The notes beneath the pieces were generated by a model. The model was given only the letters and a program-made list of their open reading frames with translations, was not told where the DNA came from and did not search any database. From Zygnema circumcarinatum SAG 698-1b (Eukaryota; Plantae; Zygnematophyceae): a DNA stretch of 64,000 nucleotides. The position numbers and the translations under genes were made by a program. How positions within the stretch are numbered: position 1 is the first letter of the stretch; each line of letters begins with the position of its first letter. Of the stretch, positions 33,238 through 47,319 are shown piece by piece. Location of the stretch: positions 186,001 to 250,000 of the forward strand of contig CM074819.1 of assembly GCA_037447605.1 (NCBI GenBank). The letters run 5' to 3'.

Positions 33238-36200
33238 ATGACAAAGGTTTATCAAGTTTGGAAAGGCAGCAATGTAAGTTCGTATGGGGGAATAGATTCG
33301 GGGAGAAAGAGGGAGGTTAAGGATGAAGGGGAAGAGTTTGTCTATGCGAGAGAGGTTGGGAGGTGGGTTAAGTGGGTTGGAAAAGAAAAGTGAGCGGTTA
33401 GTGAGATTGAGGACGGTTCTTATTAGTGTAAGAAAAGTCTCATCTCAGCTAATCACGTTTGATGGGGCTAAGATTGGTGTTTTGGAGTTGGCTGATGTTA
33501 TGTGGATAGAGCTTTTCATTAGGGTAGGAAGGGTTATGAAAGGGAGGTCTGGGTTGTAATGAAAGGCTACAATTTCTTGATGTAGAGACAATAACGATCG
33601 GAATTCGCCGTAGGCGTTAAAGCGAAATCTGGGAAGATCGTAGTTTCCCTGTCTTTTGATGCTTAAGATTTTTCCCTTTCTTGAGCGCAAGGCTGTTCAT
33701 AATTTGGAGTTCGCACAATCTCAGAAAGCTTCTCGTGTCGTGCTTCTTTTTTGACTATCCTAGACTCAGCATAGCGCTCTGTGAGCTCGTTTTAGCGCTC
33801 ATATTCAGGTGAAATGAACATTCCATAGATAAGTTAGACCACATCTGACTCGCATGCAGGGTCACGAAACCCATTCAAGTCTCTGAAATTGCTTTCCTAC
33901 TGTAATTCTTTTTTTAACACATTCTTTTCTTTTTCTTTTTCCTGTGCACAGCGGTTTGCTTGTTGGGGTCGCTGCATATTTGGGCCGGACGTGAAGTCTC
34001 TGATTTTATCGCTGTTCTTGATAACAGTTCCAGCTGCTCTTTTCTGCGGCTTTGTATCTGCGGCTTTGAAGGACAAGCTGCCAGGCGGCGTAGCCATTAT
34101 ACCGGCAACGCTCCTTTTCGTTACATGGGTTAGTAGTAACAAACCCACTAAAAATCTACTGTGGAAATTTTGAATCCTGCAGTGCTGCTGCAGTGCTGCA
34201 GGTGGTTTTATAATCTTGCCGCTTGCGGTTGCTTTGCGTTTTTTTTTTGAGTGGGTTCTTCGCGTGGTGGGGACTACAGGTGCTCTCCATCCTGCTGTAC
34301 GCTGCGAGCAGGGACCCCGGCATTGTTCCTCGGAATGCGCATCCGCCTGAGCCTGACCCGGAGGCAGACGGGGGAGAGGGAGGCTCGGGACTTGGGAGAG
34401 GTCGCCTACCACGGACTAAGGATGTCATTATCAACGGAGCCACAGTGAAGATAAAATATTGCGACACTTGCATGCTTTACAGGTGACCTCATGAGATTTT
34501 TTTGGGGGTGGGGGGGATTTTGGGTTAGGATTTCTGGGGCGTTTGCTGTTGTGATGATTGGGGCAGCTGATGTGTGCCTGGCTATTTTGGCTGCTTATTT
34601 TTGCAGACCCCCAAGGTGTTCACACTGCAGTATCTGCAACAACTGTGTTGAGCGGTTCGACCACCACTGCCCATGGGTAGGACAATGTATCGGGAAGGTA
34701 TGCATTCTGGCTTCGAACCTTTGATGAAGGAGAGGATTTTCAGGAGGACATCCTCCTTGCTTTGTCTATTCGTGTTGCGGAAATTGACGGCATTTTTTAA
34801 AGGAGGAAGGTGGTTATTCTTATTTGTACAATACTTTGTTCATGAAGGAATCGGAGGCGATTCTTTAAGAGGAATGATGACCTACCATAGCTCAAGATGA
34901 TATTTGAATACCTTGTCGCAGTCACTGCTGGCTATAGTTTTGAGTTTTTAATGATATCAAATCGTTTTCTTTAAGTATAGTCACTTTTAGAGTGAGTTCT
35001 GATAAGCAGCAGGTGCATCGTCATCGCAAAACCTCGATATGCTGAAGCATCGTATATTGAATTCGAAATGGTCAAACATGGCTCCTCTGGTAGGGTGGCC
35101 TAGTAGAGGAGTAGAGGGGAGGGCTAGCAGAATGCGGCGAGGGACAGAGGGAGGAGGGTGGAAAGGAGAGGTAAAGTTTTGGAGAGAGAAATTGAGGAAG
35201 GAATAGTGAACTATCAACTGTTTCTCTTGGAAGATAGTTTTAAGCTGATTATTGGCAGTGATGCATCAACTGAAAAACCACTTTAGTGAATGTATTTATC
35301 GTGCCTCCCTTCCCTATCAAGTGATAGGTACAGAAGGTTTCACGAGCTGTTGTTTTACTCTGCAGTACTCCTCGCCAGATTTTCATAAGCTCTGTCGTTA
35401 TGCTCTTCATTTGAACGTTTTGGCAACAATGGAATGCACATTCTGAGAGAATGCTGAGTTTGTCATGTGCAGCGGAACTATAGGTACTTCTTTGCCTTCG
35501 TATCATCGACAACACTGCTGTGTATCTACGTATTCTCCTTGTGCGCCATACACATTAAAGTGCTAATGGATAACGATTACGCTTCTGGAGGACAAAGGCG
35601 GACTGTATGGCAGGCCATGGCCAAGTCGCCCGTGTCCGTGGTCCTCATGGCCTACACATTTGTGGCTGTGTGGTTTGTTGGGGGACTCACCTCCTTCCAT
35701 ACATACCTCATGATTACCAATCAAGTAAGGAACCTATATCGACTCACTCTGTTCCCACCTTGTGCTCACCGACCGTTTCATGGTCATTGCATGCCCATAG
35801 TGTGCCCCATCTTAGGTACATTTGCCCATTAACGGATCCCATGCCCATTTCACAATCCCCAACTTATGCCCATCTCACGAGCATTGCGTGCGCCGTGCAT
35901 GGCCAGTGCATGTTCGTGACCGCTGATGTCCATTCATGCTATGTCATACTCATGTCTACTCTATTGAATGCTCATGGCATTGGCATGTAGTGCCTAAGCA
36001 TCCTAGGCTCATTCCACACTTCAGATTTGTACCATACCATCTCATATTCACTGCACGACCATGTCATCCTCATCTCATGCCCAGCACTTACCCATCGCAT
36101 CACAGTGGATGCCTTTAGCCACCTCCACTTCATCTCATGCACGATTTCCTCTCGTCTCCCACCTTTCTCTAGAGGCCATAAAGCTAAAACTGGGAAGCAA

Positions 36201-36759
36201 ATCTCTTGAGAGATTGAGATGATTTACATGATTGCAGACTACTTATGAGAACTTCCGATATCGATACGATAAGAAAGCCAACCCTTACAATCGTGGGGCC
36301 TTTCGGAACATCTACGAGACGCTTTGTGCGCGAATCCCACCTTCTCGGAACAATTTTCGAGCCGAGGTGCTCTCTTCTGCACCTCAGGGTCCGACTCTTG
36401 CGGGTGTGCCTCCTCGCATTCCCTCACGCCCAATCTCGCGGACCTCCTCCCGCGCATCATCAGGCACACGTTCACCAAGTACTAAGGAGTATCAGCCCCT
36501 GGAAATGCAGAGGCTGGGAGATGACCCCCCTCTGAAGGAGAGGGAGAGGAACGGGCGAGGGAGGAGGGGATCCACAGATGGAAATGGAGAGTGGCGAGAT
36601 GGGGGGAGGCAGTATAGGGGATACAGCGGAGAGGATTCACATATGCATTACGCAAATGCTTCCGAAGCGGAGTATTACAAGAAAGTGGGACAGCATGGGG
36701 AGAGGAATTCTGTGGAGATAACTGTGGAGGACGGAGGTCGTGTGAGCTTTCGCACGTAA
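33238..36759 (+). CDS. DHHC protein S-acyltransferase (PAT), 6 exons
   Basis: Exons 33238-33273 ([12 protein letters not shown]), 33952-34128, 34280-34482, 34607-34697 ([30 protein letters not shown]), 35473-35724 and 36238-36759 ([11 protein letters not shown]) all join in phase. Confidence 0.96.
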
Positions 36760-37895
36760 TAAGTCGTTGAAGTTTCCGTGTTCTGCTGTCATTGGGTGTG
36801 TGTTACTGACGTTGTGCGACAGTCACAAGCTGGTTTATGTGCGTATCTGATGTTGCCTACCAGACGACGAAGCTGGCTTTAGATTGTTTTGTCGAGTGTA
36901 TTGACCCTAAATGATGCTCACAATTTAAAGGAATGCAGCTTTAAATGGGGTACGTTTCATAAGAACGTATTGGTGGGCATTTGAGAATGACTGAGGGTGG
37001 TACGGACCCTATCCTTGGATGATGATTAAGCTCAAACACAACGATCATGTACGAATGATAATGTGGTATTGTTACCTGTGCTAACTTGCTTTGAATCTGG
37101 ACCAACCTATTTCTGAAAGGACATTGAAGTTGGTATCGAAGACACCAATCCCTCTGATTGCTGTACACACTAACGATTCCAGATGGAGTATCGCATGTGT
37201 GCTTGCTTGTGAGCTTTGCAAATGGCGGTGTACCCATGCACAGCGATTGTGTATGTGTGCCTGGGCTCTGAGAGAAGGACAAATGTTATATATAGTCGTT
37301 TTTCAGAGTCAATTTCAGCGTCCCCCTAGGCTTTGAGTGCTTTATCGTGCACATAACAATCTTTCCAAGATATTTGTGCCAATGGGTCTTTCCCATAAAC
37401 GGGGTTATCATTATGCATCGTGCCTTAAAGGGGCCTGCAACGCTGTTACGAAGCACACCGGGTGGAGACACAATAAGAGGCAGACACATTGGAGCTTAGG
37501 AGGTCAGAAATAACAAAGCTGCAGAGGGAGTCATAATTAGGGATGGCCCGCGTTATAAATTCTGAATATATTATATAATTTACAACGGGTTTAAAATTAG
37601 TAATATATTACAAACTAAAACACTTTATTACATAAAGTGCCGCTCCCTCCTCGCGACGTGCCTCACATCGGTGACCTTCGCGGCTGCTTCTAGGGCTGCG
37701 TTGTTGTGCCTAGGCGTAGTTTTCCGCTCCTAGCTTCGTTTTATTGTGTTTCGGTCCTTTGTGACCAGTCCTTCGTGGTTCCACATTTTGCCTTTATCCA
37801 TGTAAATTTGATGGCCTCGCCATCGCGAGTTCAATGAAAGTTTGCGTTACGTTTTCTTTATTACATATATTATACCCACTCGTTTTGAACAATTA

Positions 37896-37933
37896 ACGAC
37901 CGTACGACCGTACTCATACGGTCGTACGGTCGT
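37896..37933. repeat. Perfect 17-bp inverted repeat with a 4-nt loop upstream of the second hAT ORF
   Basis: ACGACCGTACGACCGTA ctca TACGGTCGTACGGTCGT. Confidence 0.9.
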
Positions 37934-38057
37934 ACCATACCAAAATTAGGTCGTTTTGGCGTTGGCGTTGCGAAATGCGTCCGTCTGGTTCACTCTCTCT
38001 CTGTCTGCTCGTGCTCGGGCTCGCCGCCGAGAGGCAGGCACAGGCACGGGGGGGATC

Positions 38058-40926
38058 ATGGAGGGGACCGGAGGAGGCTCGAGGCAGGCACAAGAAGACG
38101 ATGACGACATTGACTATGCTGAGAGGGACGAGGAGGTGGAGGAGGAGATGGAGGAAGCGGGAGGGGAGGGGAATGACAACGACAAGGACAACAGAAGTTG
38201 CGGTGGTGACAGGCAGTGTCAATTTCTCCCCAGGACAAGTGTAGGACGACCTGCTGCCAAGATCTTTGTCGCTACCTCCTTAGTGGAATGTGCCAAACAT
38301 CCTAGGAAATTCCTAAGATCAAAGACCCATTGGGTCCGTGAATGCAAATTTTGTTCGTGTATGCTGAGTGGGGTAATCAGGACCACGCAGACTCACGTCA
38401 TAAAGGACTGTTCCAAGATCACTTCTGACGAAAGACAGCGGATGCTCAAATATGTGGAACGGGGAACCCATGTCCAGGATGCTGGTGATGTACGCACCAA
38501 AGTCCGCATACAACAGTCAATTGAAGGTTATCTAGGAATGTCAATGTCAAAGATAAACCAGTCAGCATGGTATTACGATTTGGCAAAGGCAGCAATAAAG
38601 AAAAATTTGCCATTTGACATTTATGAGGATGAAGATGTCCAAAAAGGCTATCTCCGCTTCAACTCCCGGTTGGTATTCCCTTCCAGGAAGGTAATAGCGA
38701 AAAGGATCAGGGATATAGACGAGGACGTCCAAAGCTCCATTATGGACGCTTTAGGAAAGGAGACAAACCTGACCTTGTCATTGGACGGTTGGACTAACAT
38801 CAGAGGAGAAAGCTTGTGGGCTTTTACTGTCTTGACCCCTTCTCGCAGATCTTATCTTGTTGAAGTGAAGGACTTGTCGGCCATCAAACACACAGGCTTT
38901 AACTTGCAAGCTGAAATTAAGGCAGTCATGGACAAGTGGGGAGGTCCTCACAGATTCATTGCAGTAGTCACAGACAACGTATCCAATTGCAAGTCTGCCA
39001 GGTATGAGTTTTTATGCGTGTTCCTAAAGCTATTTGCTCAGATTTGAACTCGTCTGGGAAGTTATTGACTTACCATTGCGGCCCTAACCTTCGTTGCCCG
39101 TCAATTGTTTTTTTGATGTAGGGAGGGTCTCCAAAAACAACTGTGGGAGGGAGAGGATGATGAAGGAGAAGTTCTGAAGATTTGGGTTTTGGCTTTGAGG
39201 TGCATGCCTCACGCTTTCAATCTGATAGTTGGAGATTTCTTAAAACATCAGTGGGCAGCTACAAGAATCCAGCTTTGCAAGAAACTGTTCAACCACTTTT
39301 CTCGATCGTCCATGTTGAATGCCGCCCTTATTAAGGAGAGGAACTTACTTGCCGGTGAAAATGGGAAAAGCGTCCGAGGATTATCTTTGAGTGTCTGTAC
39401 TCGGTAAGAGCCTATCCTTTTTCGGAGTGAAAACTAGTAGCAGCTGCAGTAGCAGCAGCAGTTGACTATTTGGTATTGCTTGCTGCTGCTGTTGTTGACT
39501 GCTTGCTGCTGCTCTCAGTAACAGCATACTTCCTGCCATTGCATTTCAGTGTTTATATCTTTTGTGTTCTAACCTTGGAGCAAGCATTTGATACAATCTA
39601 TTCATTTATTTTGGGGTTGGGGCTATGAAATTGTATTACAGGTGGTTGTCTCATCATTCCATGTTTGAGTCTGTAGCGGCAAACATTAAGCCCATAGCGA
39701 GAGTGTTTATTGAACACATGGATGACAAGTCCCGTTCACTTCGAGACAGTACAGTTCAGGACCCAGACTTTGCATCCGATATACAATTATTGGAGAATCT
39801 TTTGCTGCCTTTTACCATTGCCATGGCAACAGTAGAAGGGAGGTCCGGTACATTGGCCTCTGTGTCTGTCCACCTTTTTGTGTTGGGTCGAGCCCTTGTC
39901 AAGCGTTACAATGAGAGTGCAAAGACTACTTCAAATCTTTCAAGTTTCTCAAAACTTGACTTCCTCTATCATTGTTGTTCTCGTTTTCTCATTCGGTTGA
40001 AAGAATTCAAAGGGGACCTATTGTCTTTGTCAATACTGCTAGACCCAACACTCAGGTTTGTGCAGTCGTATTCAAATAGTGAGGAAACTTTTCAGTCTTT
40101 AAGGGAAAGTGCCCTGGAGCTGTACTCGAAGAAAATCTCCAATTTGGCAACCCCAACTGCAGTCGCCATCTCTGCGGCCATTAAAGATTTTGTGGCTAAC
40201 AGAACCCCTTGGAATCGTCCATACAAGTTAGGAGATCGTGTCTCTGATTGGTTTGATGCCATACCAGATACTGTTGGTACAATTGGGCTGAAAGCTATTG
40301 CTGGGATGTTGTTGGCAATCGTCCCGAACCAGGCTGATACAGAGAGGACGTTTTCGATTCTCGGGTATGTTCATTCCAAATCCAGAAATAGACTGGGAAC
40401 TGCAATGGCAACATCTCTTGTAAGGTGTCGCCTTTTTTTCAGCTCACCATTGGAACAAAGGGGTTCCAACTCCCTGAATGCTGCACCAATGGATGTCCAA
40501 GCACCTGAGATTGATGTCCAAGCACCTGAGATTGAGGTAGTAAACGTTGGGGAAACAGAACCAGAGATATTGGATGCCATATTTGAGGAATGGGATGACA
40601 TAGACGTAAACGCAAGTCTTGTATACAATGACGATCAAACTTTGGATGAAATTATCTCAGCAAGTGGATTTGGAGCAAGTCAAGAAATAGGAGTGATGCG
40701 AAAAAAAAGGAGTGTCAATTCCGGCGACAACAATGAGACAAGAGAAGTTTTTCCAAGTATTATGCAACAATGCATAGTGGTTGACAAACTATGGTTTGAG
40801 CTGAATGCAATGTTTGACTTTGACGCAGCAGTTCCTGGTGATCCATTATTTCAAATGCCAGGAGTGACAACTCTTATTGATACAACTCAGTATGAGCAGA
40901 TAAATGTAAAAGCCTTAGTTGTATAG
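38058..40926 (+). CDS. hAT-family transposase, 3 exons, apparently intact (~836 aa)
   Basis: Exons 38058-39001, 39122-39403 and 39642-40926 join in phase. It has a BED-like CKFC...HVIKDC, LSLDGWTN, VTDN, CMPH, a spliced CTRWLS and QADTERTFS. Confidence 0.88.
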
Positions 40927-41469
40927 GCTAACGAGTTATTACTCTGACTTTGATGTGGAAAGTCTTTCTGAAGCTAGCAGACATTTATTATTGCATTGTC
41001 ATGGCGATATGTTTCTTGTCTTGCTGCGTAATCTATAAATATTTTGCTTGCTGCTTTCAAAAACTTCTTTATTTTGTCAAATATACATGTTTAAAGAATA
41101 TTTTCTTTCCAACTCATTGCCGATTGCAAAGCTAGGCAAGTGATGTAATGATTATGAAAGAATTCTGCAGTAATCATGCAACAATACACAACAATACATA
41201 GATGTATAGAAGNNNNNNNNNNGCAGAAAATGTCAGAAAACAAGGCGAGAAACGTTAGAACAGAAAAAACCGCAGCAAAACAGCAGCAAAACAACCAAAA
41301 ACAAAAAACAAAAAACGAAAAGAAGCACAAACAACAAAAACAGAGCAATGCAGCAAGACACGCGACAGGAAAACGCAAAGACAACGACAAGAGGCTGCCA
41401 CGTGGCCGCGGCAGAAGGGAAAACGATCAAAAGTGATTGGATTGCCCTAAAGCAAGCTTGGCGGAATCT

Positions 41470-42650
41470 TTAAAGAGGGGCCAAATGTAGAGAAGTGGAG
41501 TAGCAGTCAATGATGAGTGGAAGCGTTTGATAGGGAACACACCGAGTTGGGTAGACTTGCCAGAAGGGAGAAAAGCCATTAGTTCTATTAGATTTTAAAG
41601 AAGAAGCAAAAATCCGATAACTCGATCAAACATGCAAGGTGAGATCCATAGTGAAAGGCTATGGACAAGTTGATGGCATCTACTACACAGAGATATTTGC
41701 ACTAGTTGAAGCTTGGAGTGCTTGAGGAGCATTCTTGCAATTGCAGCAGAGTGAGGATGGTTTGTGCAACACATGAATGACGAAGTAAGCGTATTTGATT
41801 GGAGAGTTGTATGAAGGTAACTTTATGGACCGCTCTGAAGGAACACTGGAGCCAAAGGAAAAAAGGCTTAGTGCGCAAGTTGCGCCAGTCCATCCATGAA
41901 ATTAAGCAAGCCCAAGGTTCCGGTAATAAAAGTTGTCTTAACGTACTTACGGAAAGAGGCTGTGTCAAATTTGAGTCTGATCATTCAGTCTAAAGCAGAG
42001 GCCTTGGTGAGGACGTCGTCGTGCTCGAAGTCATTGATAAATTTCATCATTGCAGGACCAAATGGAAATGAGATCAAGAAATTGAAAGACATGCTGATGG
42101 TGATTTCGAAGTTTCAGATTCGGGAGAAGAATCCAGCGTCAGAGGTCAGACGAGTAGATTTTGAGTTAAAAAGGAGTACATGAGAGAGATCTGTCAAAAG
42201 TTTGAGGTGGCAAGTACAAAGCCAGTGACAAGCCCCCTAGATGTGAGGATTTAGCTATGCGTGAGATGTGTCCGAAGGAAAAGGGGAGATGTGGAGGATT
42301 CCACAAACCGTCAATAGAGAGTCCCTTGAATTTGGCGACTTCCAGAAGTCTCAACTTGCAGCAGGTAGAGAACGTTGAGCAGGTTTCTCTACTATAAAGA
42401 AAGGAACACTAGCAGGTTGAGAAGAGAGTATTGAAGTGTGTGTTAGGCGCCATGGATAAAGGCTCGAAAGTCTAGAAGGATAGGTAGAGACTGGATTAAG
42501 CTTGAAAATGTGTAAACAAATATCGCCGCAATGGGTGCCCACATAATTGTGTTAGAAACGGCATTCAGAATATTGAGTTGACATATGTTTATAAGACGAC
42601 GAAAGCACTCGATTGTAATGGTGACTAAGGCGGAATTTGCTGAAAACAGT
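41470..42650 (+). pseudogene. Highly decayed copia RT/RNaseH relic
   Basis: Remnants such as VDLPEGRKAI, VKGYGQVDGI and LRSILAIAA are recognisable across many frameshifts and stops. Confidence 0.7.
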
Positions 42651-43316
42651 CAGCCTTCTATCCTGATCTTTGAGCTCATCGCCTAGATAAATAGGTGGTT
42701 TTCTCTATCGTGTTGAATAATTTGTAAAACCTCACACCCCCCACCACATACCCTTCACAACGCTGTTAATACTTTTTTCCTTCACACTTGCTTCAAAGTT
42801 GCAATGGTGGAACTCAACGACCTGGCCATCTCCCATTGACAGAGCACTTCACTTTGTTCCAGTCACATTCACTGTCTACTGCAAACAGGTACTATCGGAC
42901 GAGTCCCATCTAATCGTTTCAGAAATCAATTGAACTGCAAACCAGTTCGTAGGACTACCAAATTATATGCATTGATAGTCAATAAAAATTTGAAAAATCC
43001 AATAACAGTTGCTGCCGTTCTCTGCCTATGTTCCTGATTACAATTAAAAAATGACCAGCACCATGTTGATACAAGAGTGGTCCCTTTCATTGTTATGTAC
43101 TATAGCGTGAACTGGAATTCTTCTCTTCTCTTCCTAAAATCAATTCTCAATAACTGCAAGTAGGTTAGTCCGAGTCCCCAACACTTCTCAGCTTCTGTAC
43201 AGTAATTGACAATAACAATCACAGCGCGCAAATCACAGAAAGGCGAAGCAGAAATAAGTGCTTAAGAAATCGAACTCTAGCTGCTTCTCAAACTTTGAAG
43301 GGGTGAAGGCAGTGGA

Positions 43317-46300
43317 TCAGTAGGCAGTCTGTTGCAAGCGGCGCAGTTCCATGCAGTTGGGCATAGCCATGTCGCGCGCCTTGGGGCCCTGCCGCCAGCG
43401 CTGCAGCTGCTGCTGGTGCTGCTGCTGCACGCGCTCGTAGTAGCACCGCGTCTCCACGCCGTCCCTGCCCCCCCCCCCGCCACACTCAAATGATCAACCA
43501 GCCCATCTGCCGGCAATGCACGAAACAGAAGGCTTCACAAGGCTATGTCCAGAATTGCAGAGACACGTGACCTCACTCAACAAAGTGACTGCAGGAGTTG
43601 TGACTGCAGTAGTTGAACCCACAGTATCAGGCCCAAGATTGCAAAACAATCTAGTGAGGCCTAATGAAATGGCCAGAAAATTATTGTTGCCATAGGACTG
43701 GCAAAGCTCAAAATGATGGGGAGAGACCACGGCATGTACAAATGCCCCAAGAGCATGTGGGTTATACTTGCTGCAAATGAAGCACATCCCTCCTCACCTG
43801 CTCATGTCAAGAAAGCCTTGCATTGCACTTGGTGGCACAAACTCTCTAATGTGAAACTGTCAGTGTATCCAAGCAATTCACTTCCAACGCTTATATGGTG
43901 GGTTTCTGTACCTGTATTCCCTGTCCACCATTTGATCCACTCCGCGACGTTGTCTGCTGCGTTCTGGATGTTGAACATCAAAATCAGATCGAACATAGAA
44001 AGGAACGCCGAACCCACTGCAAAAGAGCACCGAAGAAAGGTGTTCTAAGACTCTTCTGACTTTGCAGATAGACACAGACCATTGAGCGTTCCCCTCTATG
44101 CGCCAAACCAACAATCTTGCCTACATGTAAATAGTAAGTAATCCAGTTATACAGTGATTACCACAAATTACGAAGAGAGAAGTCGACTCACAACTAGATA
44201 ATTTTCCAGCCAAACTCTCCATCGTCGTAATATAGTCTGTTGAAATACTTGGATAGTGAAAGTAGACGATGACAACTTCAGTTTCTTCATTATAGACATT
44301 ACGTGAAACCTGACATCCTTAACTTAAAATCTCTAGGTTCAGCCAAATCTCTAACAATAACAGACCCTAGCTCGCCACCTACATCCTATGACTGTCTTGC
44401 TTACGTGCTATACAGATTACACTGCTTATTGGCAATAAATTCTTAAGGTCCATCCGTCCGTTTGACCTTTATAGTTGTCAAACGTGGAGAAATTCATATC
44501 CCAGAAAGTCCACCCACCTTGTCCGACGTTCAAGCGTATACGGCTCTACTTGATGAAGCTTGTAGGGCGGCTCTGACGGCGGCAGCATGGCGTAGAGGAA
44601 GATGAAGAGCAGCGGCAGCAGCTGCAGCAGTCCGAGCACGCTCGGCCCCACGCTCGCGCCGCCGCCATGGCTTCTGTCCGCGCCGCCCCGCCTCTGCCCA
44701 AAGTGTGCTCTGTACACCCGCCCTGCATCACCCATCCCCTAGTCCAACTCAGTGAACTACGGCCTGAAACTAAATTGCATTTTAACCTTCACATGCTCCA
44801 AACTGATAAAAACCATCATCCGCACTAATCCATAGGCCGTTCAAAATTTGCAGGGAGGACATTCTTGAAAAGCCAATGAATAATATGGACACGCTTTACA
44901 CACCAGGATCACATAGCGACAGCTCGCAAGAGATAGAATAGGTATATGCCAACTGAGATTGAGAAGAAGAGCACACAACAGAACTTCAGAAGATGTAACA
45001 GGCTTGACCAGCAAGTACTGAGGGTTCTGATAACTGCTTACAGTTATCTTCGATCTCCTGGATGAACTGAAGGGAGTTGACAACGCACCATTTGCATGCC
45101 GCACGTTATGCATGCCAAAAAATGCATTGAAGACCTCATTGGGGTCAAATGCATCATCGTCAAAGAAGGGCGATGCTCCTCTATATCGTGCTGCACGTGG
45201 CGCCCACTGCGGCTGCGCTGCATGGCCCCCCTCCTGCCCACAGCGGTCGTAGTGGGCCCGCGCACTGCTGTCGCTCAGACACTGAAAGGCCCGTGCCACC
45301 GCTGCACAAGGGAAGCTGCAGGAAGTTATAGCGGCCGGCCAGCGTGCTGCGGAACAGTAAAAACCCTATTTGACTGTCATTCTAGAGCATGCACAATGAA
45401 CTGGAGTCGACATAACCTGGCTCGTAGCGGATACCGCAAACTAGAACAAATATAACTGAATCAGAAGTCACACCAACATCTATAAAGTGTGCCCGCTGCT
45501 GAGACGACGTTAGGGAAAAACCAAACCTTTAAAAGATTCTTCTGCCCCCGGTGCCTTGTTCTTATCAGGGTGCACTTTCAGTGACAACTGCAACAAGGAA
45601 AGGCCCTTAAAATCAGTTCTGCACCATATATGATACCAGAAGTGTACGATTTACACCCTTGGGTATAAAGCCTATATCCTTAAACTCCTTATACACTTAA
45701 AATCGGAAACGATGTTCCAATACCATTCTTCCTCTAGTGACCTCCAGATTAAAAGCTGCAGCTTTCTGCGCATTCACTTTTCACTTGCCAGAAATCACAT
45801 AGATGAGCATACATAAGATGTCAAAATGAAAAAAGTCATGCTGTCATCGATAGAGCACAACAAGATCTCTAATAGGAAGATGTTCGGTTTCCAGGCCATA
45901 CAAAGCTTTATAACAGAAACAGAAACAGAAACAAAAAAATCCTTTTACTCAAGACACGTTCTCCATAAAGCTCCTCGAACGGGAGTCCTCCATTAGTATT
46001 CCCACTAGGACAAATTGCACAGTGAGACGATCATACCAGATCACCAAACGCATATGCTTCAAATTCAAACCACATTTGCTCCGTTTATATATTCTAGCTA
46101 CATGCTTCATTTACAACTAAACACAATAAATTGGGTCCTACAATGGGTTAACTTTTCTAGGGTTGAAATTGGATATAGAGTCTTCAGATATCCATGAATG
46201 TCAACAACCAGCTGTCATCACAAAAAGTTCACAAGGCCAGCTATACAGACAGACATCCCATTGATAGCGTCTACAGTATGGCTTACGAAACAAGACAAGG

Positions 46301-47205
46301 GTCAACCATTCATTTAAGGCTACGCAGACGCTCCTGGGTGAACAGGTCAACACGATTTTCGAGTCCTGGCACTTTTCAGATAGCGAGGAAAACCCATAGA
46401 CGATTCAAAATTAGTGCACCTGCAAAACAGTCGCAAAGATGCCACCTCTAGATTGACTTGGGAAAAATGACAATCCGATCCATACATGAAGGAAAGAAGT
46501 CTGCACATACCTTCCGATATGCTTTCTTGATCTCCTCTTCCGAACTACTCTTTGACACCTCCAAAATTTCGTAGTAATCAGTACAGCGATTTATGCGTTT
46601 TACCAGCTCCACACTTTCCGCCGACACTTCTGTCTGTAGCGTCATAGCCCACGGTGCAGATGTCGCACCCATCAGGACTCCAGACTCGATTGGCTTGCTA
46701 GTTCTTTGTCAGAATATGCGCGTTGTAAAGGGACCTACCCAAGCATCATTCTCTCAAGATAACTAGCACCTCTCATCTAAGAAACAGCTGATCACAGTTA
46801 AAACAAAGTATGTAACAGGCTGCAAAATAAGGCAAACGAATTCGCAATTCGGGCAGCACAATGCGTTGGATTGCTGAGTTGGCCGACAAATGCATCTACA
46901 TCCACATCCACGTCCCGCAGAGACGGGCAAGCAGGGGGACGCACAGCAGCGGAGTCCGCGGTGGGCGCAGCGGCGGCGGAGGGCCTGCGCGGCGAGGCGG
47001 GGGCGGGGGCGGTGGCGGGGGCGGGGGCGGGCGCGGGGCGGCGGTCCTGGAGGGCGCGGAGCTGCTGCGCGGCGGCGGCGGAGGGGAAGAGGCGCAGCGC
47101 CTTGGCGAGGAGGCGCTCGGCCCGCGCGAGGCTGCCCGCCGCGGCGGCCTCCTCCGCGAGGCGCGCACACCGCTCCGCCTCATCGCGGTTGCCCTCCATG
47201 GCCAT
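43317..47205 (-). CDS. DNAJB12/14-like ER J-domain protein (J domain, TM, DUF1977-like tail)
   Basis: Segments read MEGNRDEAERC..., DYYEILEVSKSSSEEEIKKAYRK, LSLKVHPDKNKAPGAEESFK (HPD), AFQCLSD...YDRCG, FDPNEVFNAFFG, TM LLQLLPLLFIFLYAML, GVPFYVRSDF and a last exon RCYYERVQ...NCMELRRL*. The exon 2 boundary is uncertain. Confidence 0.92.
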
Positions 47206-47319
47206 GGCCGCCCGCCCACCGCTCGCAGAGAGCCGAGCAGAGCAGAGCGCAAGGGACGAACACTCACTACACTACACAATGCACTACAGTACACTACAGT
47301 AGGGGTGGGNNNNNNNNNN

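Noticed and set aside
36940-37490. Minus-strand peptide fragments (for example AIRGIGVFDTNFNVLSEIGWSRFK)
   Set aside because: They are short, no family was recognised, and no splice chain could be built. They may be TE debris.
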